Of a stretch of 64,000 bases of DNA, positions 1 to 11,128 are shown piece after piece (positions within the stretch are counted from its first letter, which is position 1; every line of letters begins with the position of its first letter). The notes under the pieces were generated by a model. That model was not told where the DNA came from. It worked only from the letters and a program-made list of their open reading frames with translations, and did not search any database. The DNA comes from Leptogorgia sarmentosa (taxonomy: Eukaryota), in assembly GCA_964658305.1 (NCBI GenBank), contig OZ210885.1, forward strand, positions 16,492,001 through 16,556,000, in the 5' to 3' direction. The translations under genes were made by a program, and so were the position numbers.

Positions 1-31
1 ACTACCTGGGAATACTTTGTGTTGTAGACTT
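1..31 (+). rRNA. 5S rRNA gene, 3' fragment (nt 90-120) cut by window start
   Basis: ACTACCTGGGAATACTTTGTGTTGTAGACTT matches nt 90-120 of the repeated gene. Confidence 0.9.
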
Positions 32-137
32 GCTTCATTTTATTGTATGTGTGTTTGTAAATAGGTTTGCTTTCAATTTCAACTTCAGGGTTTTGTTATT
101 GTTACACGTTTAAAAAGTGTAACTTCCATCAACAAAT

Positions 138-257
138 GTCTACAACCATACCAGTAGGAAAATACCGGTTCTCGTCTGATCACCGAAGTTAGGCCTAGGT
201 GGGAAAAGTTAGTACTTGGATGGGTGACCACCTGGGAATACTTTGTGTTGTAGACTT
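138..257 (+). rRNA. 5S rRNA gene, first complete copy (variant G7A, A55G, C67A)
   Basis: 120 nt with eukaryotic 5S hallmarks CCATACC, GATC, GAAGTTA, GTTAGTACTTGGATGGGTGACC, TGGGAATAC. The 5' and 3' ends pair (GTCTACAAC / GTTGTAGAC). Confidence 0.92.
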
Positions 258-263
258 GCTTCA

Positions 264-267
264 TTTT
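264..267 (+). terminator. Putative Pol III terminator (T4), 6 nt downstream of the 120-nt gene; present in nearly all units
   Basis: ...GTAGACTT GCTTCA TTTT ATT: first run of four T after the gene. Confidence 0.6.
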
Positions 268-326
268 ATTGTATGTGTGTTTGTAAATAGGTTTGCTTTC
301 AATTTCAACTTCAGGGTTTTGTTATT

Positions 327-349
327 GTTACACGTTTAAAAAGTGTAAC
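327..349 (+). promoter_or_regulatory. Upstream TATA-like element (TTTAAAAA, -29 to -22) enclosed by a perfect 7-bp inverted repeat; present in most units
   Basis: GTTACAC (327-333), GTTTAAAAA (334-342), GTGTAAC (343-349), upstream of the gene starting at 364. The position matches the -30 TATA-like elements known for 5S genes. Confidence 0.6.
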
Positions 350-1041
350 TTCCATCAACAAATGTCTACGACCATACCAGTAGGAAAATACCGGTTCTCG
401 TCTGATCACCGAAGTTAGGCCTAGGTGGGAAAAGTTTGTACTTGGATGGGTGACCACCTGGGAATACTTTGTGTTGTAGACTTGCTTCATTTTATTGTAT
501 GTGTGTTTGTAAATAGGTTTGCTTTCAATTTCAACTTCAGGGTTTTGTTATTGTTACACGTTTAAAAAGTGTAACTTCCATCAACAAATGTCTACGACCA
601 TACCAGTAGGAAAATACCGGTTCTCGTCTGATCATCGAAGTTAAGCCTAGGTGGGCAAAGTTAGTACTTGGATGGGTGACCACCTGGGAATACTTTGTGT
701 TGTAGACTTGCTTCATTTTATTGTATGTGTGTTTGTAAATAGGTTTGCTTTCAATTTCACCTTCAGGGTTTTGTTATTGTTACACGTTTAAAAAGTGTAA
801 CTTCCATCAACAAATGTCTACGACCATACCAGTAGGAAAATACCGGTTCTCGTCTGATCACCGAACTTAAGCCTAGGTGGGAACAGTTACTACTTGGATG
901 GGTGACCACCTGGGAATACTTTGTGTTGTAGACTTGCTTCATTTTATTGTATGTGTGTTTGTAAATAGGTTTGCTTTCAATTTCAACTTCAGGGTTTTGT
1001 TATTGTTACACATTTAAAAAGTGTAACTTCCATCAACAAAT

Positions 1042-1161
1042 GTCTACGACCATACCAGTAGGAAAATACCGGTTCTCGTCTGATCACCGAAGTTAAGCCT
1101 AGGTGGGCAAAGTTAGTACTTGGATGGGTGACCACCTGGGAATACTTTGTGTTGTAGACTT
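1042..1161 (+). rRNA. 5S rRNA gene, representative consensus-type copy
   Basis: Folds by hand into the standard 5S model: helix I 1-9/110-118, helix III 27-32/45-52 with A49-A50 bulge, helix IV 78-86/91-98 with A83 bulge and GUGA tetraloop, helix V 67-72/103-108. Helix II has a G17:G61 mismatch. Confidence 0.95.
1091..1138 (+). promoter_or_regulatory. RNA polymerase III type-1 internal control region (box A nt 50-64, intermediate element 67-72, box C 80-97); present in every unit
   Basis: AGTTAAGCCTAGGTG (1091-1105) and TGGATGGGTGACCACCTG (1121-1138) lie at the positions of the TFIIIA/TFIIIC-dependent box A and box C defined for Xenopus 5S genes and resemble them in sequence. Confidence 0.85.
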
Positions 1162-1370
1162 GCTTCGTTTTATTGTATGTGTGTTCGTAAATAGGTTTGC
1201 TTTCAATGTAAACTTCAGGGATTTTGTTATTGCTACATCTGGAAATACTTTGTATTGTTGTTTTCCTAAATGTTATTTAATCCCTATTTGTAAATATAAT
1301 TCCTTTCAATTTCAACTTCAGGGTTTTGTTATTGTTACACATTTAAAAAGTGTAACTTGCATCAACAAAT

Positions 1371-1490
1371 GTCTACGACCGTACGAGTAGGAAAATACCG
1401 GTTCTCGTCTGATCACCGAAGTTAAGCCTAGGTGGGCAAAGTTAGTATTTGCATGGGTGACCACCTGGGAATACTTTGTGTTGTAGACTT
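1371..1490 (+). pseudogene. Probable 5S pseudogene allele (A11G, C15G, C78T, G82C); recurs at 6078, 25942, 31536, 33880, 45826
   Basis: GACCGTACGAGTAGG and AGTATTTGCATGGG. C15G breaks the C15-G64 pair; G82C breaks G82-C94 and alters box C. Confidence 0.65.
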
Positions 1491-1564
1491 ACTTCATTTT
1501 ATTGCATGTGTGTTTGTAAATAGGTTTGCTTTCAATGTAAACTTCAGGGATTTTGTTATTGCTA

Positions 1565-1666
1565 CATCTGGAAATACTTTGTATTGTTGTTTTGCTAAAT
1601 GTTATTTAATGCCTATTTGTAAATATAATTCCTTTCAACTTCAACTTCAGGGTTTTGTTATTGTTA
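1565..1666 (+). pseudogene. Decayed duplicate of 5S nt 92-120 plus proximal spacer; forms the extra ~103 bp of every long unit (representative copy)
   Basis: CATCTGGAAATACTTTGTATTGTTGTTTT aligns ungapped to CACCTGGGAATACTTTGTGTTGTAGACTT (23/29) and continues into the spacer at an offset of exactly 103 bp. Confidence 0.88.
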
Positions 1667-4600
1667 CACGTTTAAAAAGTGTAACTTCCATCAACAAGTG
1701 TCTACAACCATACCAGTAGGAAAATACCGATTCTCGTCTGATCACCGAAGTTAAGCCTAGGTGGGCAAAGTTAGTAGTTGGATGGGTGACCACCTGGGAA
1801 TACTTTGTGTTGTAGACTTGCTTCATTTTGTTGTATGTGTGTTTGTAAGTAGGTTTGCTTTCAATTTCAACTTCAGGGTTTTGTTATTGTTACACGTTTA
1901 AAAAGTGTAACTTCCATCAATAAATGTCTACGACCATACCAGTAGGAAAATACCGGTTCTCGTCTGATCACCGAAGTTAGGCCTAGGTGGGAAAAGTTAG
2001 TACTTGGATGGGTGACTACCTGGGAATACTTTGTGTTGTAGACTTGCTTCATTTTATTGTTTGTGTGTTTGTAAATAGGTTTGCTTTCAATTTCAACTTC
2101 AGGGTTTTGTTATTGTTACATCTGGAAATACTTTGTATTGTTGTTTTGCTAAATGTTATTTAATCCCTATTTGTAAATATAATTCCTTTCAATTTCAACT
2201 TCAGGGTTTTGTTATTGTTACACGTTTAAAAAGTGTAACTTCCATCAACAAGTGTCTACGACCATACCAGTAGGAAAATACCGGTTCTCGTCTGATCACC
2301 GAAGTTAAGCCTAGGTGGGTAAAGTTAGTAGTTGGATGGGTGACCACCTGGGAATACTTTGCGTTGTAGACTTGCTTCATTTTGTTGTATGTGTGTTTGT
2401 AAGTAGGTTTGCTTTCAATTTCAACTTCAGGGTTTTGTTATTGTTACATGTTTAAAAAGTGTAACTTCCATCAACAAATGTCTACGACCATACCAGTAGG
2501 AAAATACCGGTTCTCGTCTGATCACCGAAGTTAAGCCTAGGTGGGCAAAGTTAGTACTTGGATGGGTGACTACCTGGGAATACTTTGTGTTGTAGACTTG
2601 CTTCATTTTATTGTTTGTGTGTTTGTAAATAGGTTTGCTTTCAATTTCAACTTCAGGGTTTTGTTATTGTTACACGTTTAAAAATTGTAACTTCCATCAA
2701 CAAATGTCTACGACCATACCAGTAGGAAAATACCGGTTCTCGTCTGATCACCGAAGTTAAGCCTAGGTGGGAAAAGTTAGTACTTGGATGGGTGACCACC
2801 TGGGAATACTTTGTGTTGTAGACTTGATTGATTTTATTGTATGTGTGTTTGTAAATAGGTTTGCTTTCAATTTCAACTTCAGGGTTTTGTTATTGTTACA
2901 CGTTTAAAAAGTGTAACTTCCATCAACAAATGTCTACGACCATACCAGTAGGAAAATACCGGTTATCGTCTGATCACCGAAGTTAAGCCTAGGTGGGCAA
3001 AGTTAGTACTTGGATGGGTGACCACCTGGGAATACTTTGTGTTGTAGACTTGCTTCATTTTGTTGTATGTGTGTTTGTAAGTAGGTTTGCTTTCAATTTC
3101 ATCTTCAGGGTTTTGTTATTGTTACACGTTTAAAAAGTGTAACTTCCATCAACAAATGTCTACGACCATACCAGTAGGAAAATACCGGTTCTCGTCTGAT
3201 CACCGAAGTTAAGCCTAGGTGGGCAAAGTTAGTACTTGGATGGGTGACTACCTGGGAATACTTTGTGTTGTAGACTTGCTTCATTTTATTGTATGTGTGT
3301 TTGTAAATAGGTTTGCTTTCAATTTCAACTTCAGGGTTTTGTTATTAATACACACGTTTAAAAAGTGTAACTTCCATCAACAAATGTCTACAACCATACC
3401 AGTAGGAAAATACCGGTTCTCGTCTGATCACCGAAGTTAGGCCTAGGTGGGAAAAGTTAGTACTTGGATGGGTGACCACCTGGGAATACTTTGTGTTGTA
3501 GACTTGCTTCATTTTATTGTATGTGTGTTTGTAAATAGGTTTGCTTTCAATTTCAACTTCAGGGTTTTGTTATTGTTACACGTTTAAAAAGTGTAACTTC
3601 CATCAACAAATGTCTACCACCATACCAGTAGGAAAATAACGGTTCTCGTCTGATCACCGAAGTAAAGCCTAGGTGGGCAAAGTTAGTACTTGGATGGGTG
3701 ACCACCTGGGAATACTTTGTGTTGTAGACTTGCTTCATTTTATTGTATGTGTGTTTGTAAGTAGGTTTGCTTTCAATTTCAACTTCAGGGTTTTGTTATT
3801 GTTACACGTTTAAAAAGTGTAAGTTTAATCAACAAATGTCTACGACCATACCAGTAGGAAAATACCGGTTCTCGTCTGATCACCGAAGTTAAGCCTAGGT
3901 GGGCAAAGTTAGTACTTGGATGGGTGACTACCTGGGAATACTTTGTGTTGTAGACTTGCTTCATTTTATTGTATGTGTGTTTGTAAATAGGTTTGCTTTC
4001 AATTTCAACTTCAGGGTTTTGTTATTGTTACACGTTTAAAAAGTGTAACTTCCATCAACAAATGTCTACGACCATACCAGTAGGAAAATACCGGTTTTCG
4101 TCTGATCACCGAAGTTAGGCCTAGGTGGGAAAAGTTAGTACTTGGATGGGTGACCACCTGGGAATACTTTGTGTTGTAGACTTGCTTCATTTTATTGTAT
4201 GTGTGTTTGTAAATAGGTTTGCTTTCAATTTCAACTTCAGGGATTTTGTTATTGCTACATCTGGAAATATTTTGTATTGTTGTTTTGCTAAATGTTATTT
4301 AATGCCTATTTGTAAATATAATTCCTTTCAACTTCAACTTCAGGGTTTTATTATTGTTACACGTTTAAAAAGTGTAACTTCCATCAACAAGTGTCTACGA
4401 CCATACCAGTAGGAAAATACCGGTTCTCGTCTGATCACCGAAGTTAAGCCTAGGTGGGAAAAGTTAGTACTTGGATGGGTGACCACCTGGGAATACTTTG
4501 TGTTGTAGACTTGCTTCATTTTATTGTATGTGTGTTTGTAAATAGGTTTGCTTTCAATTTCAACTTCAGGGTTTTGTTATTGTTACATGTTTAAAAAGTG

Positions 4601-4707
4601 TAACTTCCATCAACAAATGTCTACGACCATACCAGTAGGAAAATACCGGTTCTCGTCTGATCACCAAAGTTAAGCCTAGGTGGGCAAAGTTAGTACTTGG
4701 ATGGGTG

Positions 4708-6720
4708 ACTACCTGGGAATACTTTGTGTTGTAGACTTGCTTCATTTTATTGTATGTGTGTTTGTAAATAGGTTTGCTTTCAATTTCAACTTCAGGGTTT
4801 TGTTATTGTTACACGTTTAAAAAGTGTAACTTCCATCAACAAATGTCTACAACCATACCAGTAGGAAAATACCGGTTCTCGTCTGATCACCGAAGTTAGG
4901 CCTAGGTGGGAAAAGTTAGTACTTGGATGGGTGACCACCTGGGAATACTTTGTGTTGTAGACTTGCTTCATTTTATTGTATGTGTGTTTGTAAATAGGTT
5001 TGCTTTCAATTTCAACTTCAGGGTTTTGTTATTGTTACACGTTTAAAAAGTGTAACTTCCATCAACAAATGTCTACGACCATACCAGTAGGAAAATACCG
5101 GTTCTCGTCTGATCACCGAAGTTAGGCCTAGGTGGGAAAAGTTTGTACTTGGATGGGTGACCACCTGGGAATACTTTGTGTTGTAGACTTGCTTCATTTT
5201 ATTGTATGTGTGTTTGTAAATAGGTTTGCTTTCAATTTCAACTTCAGGGTTTTGTTATTGTTACACGTTTAAAAAGTGTAACTTCCATCAACAAATGTCT
5301 ACGACCATACCAGTAGGAAAATACCGGTTCTCGTCTGATCATCGAAGTTAAGCCTAGGTGGGCAAAGTTAGTACTTGGATGGGTGACCACCTGGGAATAC
5401 TTTGTGTTGTAGATTTGCTTCATTTTATTGTATGTGTGTTTGTAAATAGGTTTGCTTTCAATTTCACCTTCAGGGTTTTGTTATTGTTACACGTTTAAAA
5501 AGTGTAACTTCCATCAACAAATGTCTACGACCATACCAGTAGGAAAATACCGGTTCTCGTCTGATCACCGAACTTAAGCCTAGGTGGGAACAGTTAGTAC
5601 TTGGATGGGTGACCACCTGGGAATACTTTGTGTTGTAGACTTGCTTCATTTTATTGTATGTGTGTTTGTAAATAGGTTTGCTTTCAATTTCAACTTCAGG
5701 GTTTTGTTATTGTTACACATTTAAAAAGTGTAACTTCCATCAACAAATGTCTACGACCATACCAGTAGGAAAATACCGGTTCTCGTCTGATCACCGAAGT
5801 TAAGCCTAGGTGGGCAAAGTTAGTACTTGGATGGGTGACCACCTGGGAATACTTTGTGTTGTAGACTTGCTTCGTTTTATTGTATGTGTGTTCGTAAATA
5901 GGTTTGCTTTCAATGTAAACTTCAGGGATTTTGTTATTGCTACATCTGGAAATACTTTGTATTGTTTTTTTCCTAAATGTTATTTAATCCCTATTTGTAA
6001 ATATAATTCCTTTCAATTTCAACTTCAGGGTTTTGTTATTGTTACACATTTAAAAAGTGTAACTTGCATCAACAAATGTCTACGACCGTACGAGTAGGAA
6101 AATACCGGTTCTCGTCTGATCACCGAAGTTAAGCCTAGGTGGGCAAAGTTAGTATTTGCATGGGTGACCACCTGGGAATACTTTGTGTTGTAGACTTACT
6201 TCATTTTATTGCATGTGTGTTTGTAAATAGGTTTGCTTTCAATGTAAACTTCAGGGATTTTGTTATTGCTACATCTGGAAATACTTTGTATTGTTGTTTT
6301 GCTAAATGTTATTTAATGCCTATTTGTAAATATAATTCCTTTCAACTTCAACTTCAGGGTTTTGTTATTGTTACACGTTTAAAAAGTGTAACTTCCATCA
6401 ACAAGTGTCTACAACCATACCAGTAGGAAAATACCGATTCTCGTCTGATCACCGAAGTTAAGCCTAGGTGGGCAAAGTTAGTAGTTGGATGGGTGACCAC
6501 CTGGGAATACTTTGTGTTGTAGACTTGCTTCATTTTGTTGTATGTGTGTTTGTAAGTAGGTTTGCTTTCAATTTCAACTTCAGGGTTTTGTTATTGTTAC
6601 ACGTTTAAAAAGTGTAACTTCCATCAATAAATGTCTACGACCATACCAGTAGGAAAATACCGGTTCTCGTCTGATCACCGAAGTTAGGCCTAGGTGGGAA
6701 AAGTTAGTACTTGGATGGGT
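4708..6720 (+). repeat. Copy of block 1-~2015 (offset 4707); further copies at offsets 24571 and 30165
   Basis: 1103>5810>25674>31268 and 1432>6139>26003>31597, with shared variants AGTTTGTAC, TTCACCTTC, GAACTTAAG, GGGAACAG, CTTCGTTTT. Confidence 0.85.
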
Positions 6721-9700
6721 GACCACCTGGGAATACTTTGTGTTGTAGACTTGCTTCATTTTATTGTATGTGTGTTTGTAAATAGGTTTGCTTTCAATTT
6801 CAACTTCAGGGATTTTGTTATTGCTACATCTGGAAATATTTTGTATTGTTGTTTTGCTAAATGTTATTTAATGCCTATTTGTAAATATAATTCCTTTCAA
6901 CTTCAACTTCAGGGTTTTATTATTGTTACACGTTTAAAAAGTGTAACTTCCATCAACAAGTGTCTACGACCATACCAGTAGGAAAATACCGGTTCTCGTC
7001 TGATCACCGAAGTTAAGCCTAGGTGGGAAAAGTTAGTACTTGGATGGGTGACCACCTGGGAATACTTTGTGTTGTAGACTTGCTTCATTTTATTGTATGT
7101 GTGTTTGTAAATAGGTTTGCTTTCAATTTCAACTTCAGGGTTTTGTTATTGTTACACGTTTAAAAAGTGTAACTTCCATCAACAAATGTCTACGACCATA
7201 CCAGTAGGAAAATACCGGTTCTCGTCTGATCACCGAAGTTAAGCCTAGGTGGGCAAAGTTAGTACTTGGATGGGTGACCACCTGGGAATACTTTGTGTTG
7301 TAGACTTGCTTCATTTTATTGTATGTGTGTTTGTAAATAGGTTTGCTTTCAATGTAAACTTCAGGGATTTTGTTATTGCTACATCTGGAAATACTTTGTA
7401 TTGTTGTTTTCCTAAATGTTATTTAATGCCTATTTGTAAATATAATTCCTTTCAATTTCAACTTCAGGGTTTTGTTATTGTTACACATTTAAAAAGTGTA
7501 ACTTGCATCAACAAATGTCTACGACCGTACGAGTAGGAAAATACCGGTTCTCGTCTGATCACCGAAGTTAAGCCTAGGTGGGCAAAGTTAGTACTTGGAT
7601 GGGTGACCACCTGGGAATACTTTGTGTTGTAGACTTGCTTCATTTTATTGTATGTGTGTTTGTAAATAGGTTTGCTTTCAATGTAAACTTCAGGGATTTT
7701 GTTATTGCTACATCTGGAAATACTTTGTATTGTTGTTTTCCTAAATGTTATTTAATGCCTATTTGTAAATATAATTCCTTTCAATTTCAACTTCAGGGTT
7801 TTGTTATTGTTACACATTTAAAAAGTGTAACTTGCATCAACAAATGTCTACGACCGTACGAGTAGGAAAATACCGGTTCTCGTCTGATCACCGAAGTTAA
7901 GCCTAGGTGGGCAAAGTTAGTACTTGGATGGGTGACTACCTGCGAATACTTTGTGTTGTAGACTTGCTTCATTTTATTGTATGTGTGTTTGTAAATATAA
8001 TTCCTTTCAATCTCAACTTCAGGGTTTTGTTATTGTTACACGTTTAAAAAGTGTAACTTCCATCAACAAATGCCTACGACCGTACGAGTAGGAAAATACC
8101 GGTTCTCGTCTGATCACCGAAGTTAAGCCTAGGTGGGTAAAGTTAGCAGTTGGATGGGTGACCACCTGGGAATACTTTGCGTTGTAGACTTGCTTCATTT
8201 TGTTGTATGTGTGTTTGTAAGTAGGTTTGCTTTCAATTTCAACTTCAGGGTTTTGTTATTGTTACACGTTTAAAAAGTGTAACTTCCATCAACAAATGTC
8301 TACGACCATACCAGTAGGAAAATACCGGTTCTCGTCTGATCACCGAAGTTAAGCCTAGGTGGGCAAAGTTAGTACTTGGATGGGTGACTACCTGGGAATA
8401 CTTTGTGTTGTAGACTTGCTTCATTTTATTGTTTGTGTGTTTGTAAATAGGTTTGCTTTCAATTTCAACTTCAGGGTTTTGTTATTGTTACACGTTTAAA
8501 AAGTGTAACTTCCATCAACAAATGTCTACGACCATACCAGTAGGAAAATACCGGTTCTCGTCTGATCACCGAAGTTAAGCCTAGGTGGGCAAAGTTAGTA
8601 CTTGGATGGGTGACCACCTGGGAATACTTTGTGTTGTAGACTTGCTTCATTTTGTTGTATGTGTGTTTGTAAGTAGGTTTGCTTTCAATTTCAACTTCAG
8701 GGTTTTGTTTTTGTTACACGTTTAAAAAGTGTAACTTCCATCAACAAATGTCTACGACCATACCAGTAGGAAAATACCGGTTCTCGTCTGATCACCGAAG
8801 TTAAGCCTAGGTGGGCAAAGTTAGTACTTGGATGGGTGACTACCTGGGAATACTTTGTGTTGTAGACTTGCTTCATTTTATTGTATGTGTGTTTGTAAAT
8901 AGGTTTGCTTTCAATTTCAACTTCAGGGTTTTGTTATTAATACACACGTTTAAAAAGTGTAACTTCCATCAACAAATGTCTACAACCATACCAGTAGGAA
9001 AATACCGGTTCTCGTCTGATCACCGAAGTTAGGCCTAGGTGGGAAAAGTTAGTACTTGGATGGGTGACCACCTGGGAATACTTTGTGTTGTAGACTTGCT
9101 TCATTTTATTGTATGTGTGTTTGTAAATAGGTTTGCTTTCAATTTCAACTTCAGGGATTTTGTTATTGCTACATCTGGAAATACTTTGTATTGTTGTTTT
9201 GCTAAATGTTATTTAATGCCTATTTGTAAATATAATTCCTTTCAACTTCAACTTCAGGGTTTTATTATTGTTACACGTTTAAAAAGTGTAACTTCCATCA
9301 ACAAGTGTCTACGACCATACCAGTAGGAAAATACCGGTTCTCGTCTGATCACCGAAGTTAAGCGTAGGTGGGAAAAGTTAGTACTTGGATGGGTGACCAC
9401 CTGGGAATAATTTGTGTTGTAGATTTGCTTCATTTTATTGTATGTGTGTTTTTAAATAGGTTTGCTTTCAATTTCAACTTCAGGGTTTTGTTATTGTTAC
9501 ACGTTTAAAAAGTGTAACTTCCATCAACAAATGTCTACGACCATACCAGTAGGAAAATACCGGTTCTCGTCTGATCACTGAAGTTAGGCCTAGGTAGGCA
9601 AAGTTAGTACTTGGATGGGTGACCACCTGGGAATACTTTGTGTTGTAGACTTGCTTCATTTTATTGTATGTGTGTTTGTAAATAGGTTTGCTTTCAATGT

Positions 9701-10997
9701 AAACTTCAGGGATTTTGTTATTGCTACATCTGGAAATACTTTGTATTGTTGTTTTGCTAAATGTTATTTAATCCCTATTTGTAAATATAATTCCTTTCAA
9801 TTTCAACTTCAGGGTTTTGTTATTGTTACACATTTAAAAAGTGTAACTTGCATCAACAAATGTCTACGACCGTACGAGTAGGAAAATACCGGTTCTCGTC
9901 TGATCACCGAAGTTAAGCCTAGGTGGGTAAAGTTAGCAGTTGGATGGGTGACCACCTGGGAATACTTTGCGTTGTAGACTTGCTTCATTTTGTTGTATGT
10001 GTGTTTGTAAGTAGGTTTGCTTTCAATTTCAACTTCAGGGTTTTGTTATTGTTACACGTTTAAAAAGTGTAACTTCCATCAACAAATGTCTACGACCATA
10101 CCAGTAGGAAAATACCGGTTCTCGTCTGATCACCGAAGTTAAGCCTAGGTGGGGAAAGTTAGTACTTGGATGGGTGACTACCTGGGAATACTTTGTGTTG
10201 TAGACTTGCTTCATTTTATTGTTTGTGTGTTTGTAAATAGGTTTGCTTCCAATTTCAACTTCAGGGTTTTGTTATTGTTACACGTTTAAAAAGTGTAACT
10301 TCCATCAACAAATGTCTACGACCATACCAGTAGGAAAATACCGGTTCTCGTCTGATCACCGAAGTTAAGCCTAGGTGGGCAAAGTTAGTACTTGGATGGG
10401 TGACCACCTGGGAATACTTTGTGTTGTAGACTTGCTTCATTTTGTTGTATGTGTGTTTGTAAGTAGGTTTGCTTTCAATTTCAACTTCAGGGTTTTGTTA
10501 TTGTTACACGTTTAAAAAGTGTAACTTCCATCAACAAATGTCTACGACCATACCAGTAGGAAAATACCGGTTCTCGTCTGATCACCGAAGTTAAGCCTAG
10601 GTGGGCAAAGTTAGTACTTGGATGGGTGACTACCTGGGAATACTTTGTGTTGTAGACTTGCTTCATTTTATTGTATGTATGTGTGTTTGTAAATAGGTTT
10701 GCTTTCAATTTCAACTTCAGGGTTTTGTTATTAATACACACGTTTAAAAAGTGTAACTTCCATCAACAAATGTCTACAACCATACCAGTAGGAAAATACC
10801 GGTTCTCGTCTGATCACCGAAGTTAGGCCTAGGTGGGAAAAGTTAGTACTTGGATGGGTGACCACCTGGGAATACTTTGTGTTGTAGACTTGCTTCATTT
10901 TATTGTATGTGTGTTTGTAAATAGGTTTGCTTTCAATTTCAACTTCAGGGTTTTGTTATTGTTACACGTTTAAAAAGTGTAACTTCCATCAACAAAT

Positions 10998-11128
10998 GTC
11001 TACCACCATACCAGTAGGAAAATACCGGTTCTCGTCTGATCACCGAAGTAAAGCCTAGGTAAAGCCTAGGTGGGCAAAGTTAGTACTTGGATGGGTGACC
11101 ACCTGGGAATACTTTGTGTTGTAGACTT
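10998..11128 (+). pseudogene. 5S pseudogene allele with 11-bp tandem duplication in box A; recurs at 40359, 52305, 59875
   Basis: GTAAAGCCTAG repeated at 11048-11058 and 11059-11069. Confidence 0.85.

Noticed and set aside
138..257. 5S-derived SINE3 or Cassandra-type retroelement
   Set aside because: Full-length 5S in strict tandem, with no tail, LTR termini, primer-binding site or target-site duplications.
138..257. Taxonomic assignment (the sequence reminds me of cnidarian 5S rRNAs)
   Set aside because: Based on recollection only; a BLAST or 5S database comparison is needed, so it is not claimed.
1236..1338. Long-spacer insert as an embedded snRNA, spliced-leader RNA, tRNA or MITE (genes often linked to 5S in invertebrates)
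   Set aside because: It is fully explained as a diverged duplicate of adjacent unit sequence. I see no cloverleaf, terminal inverted repeats or recognisable snRNA sequence, though an Rfam scan was not possible.
10672..10686. GTATGTATGTGTG microsatellite-like expansion (also ~40034, 51980, 59550)
   Set aside because: A trivial 4-bp slippage, useful only as a block marker.
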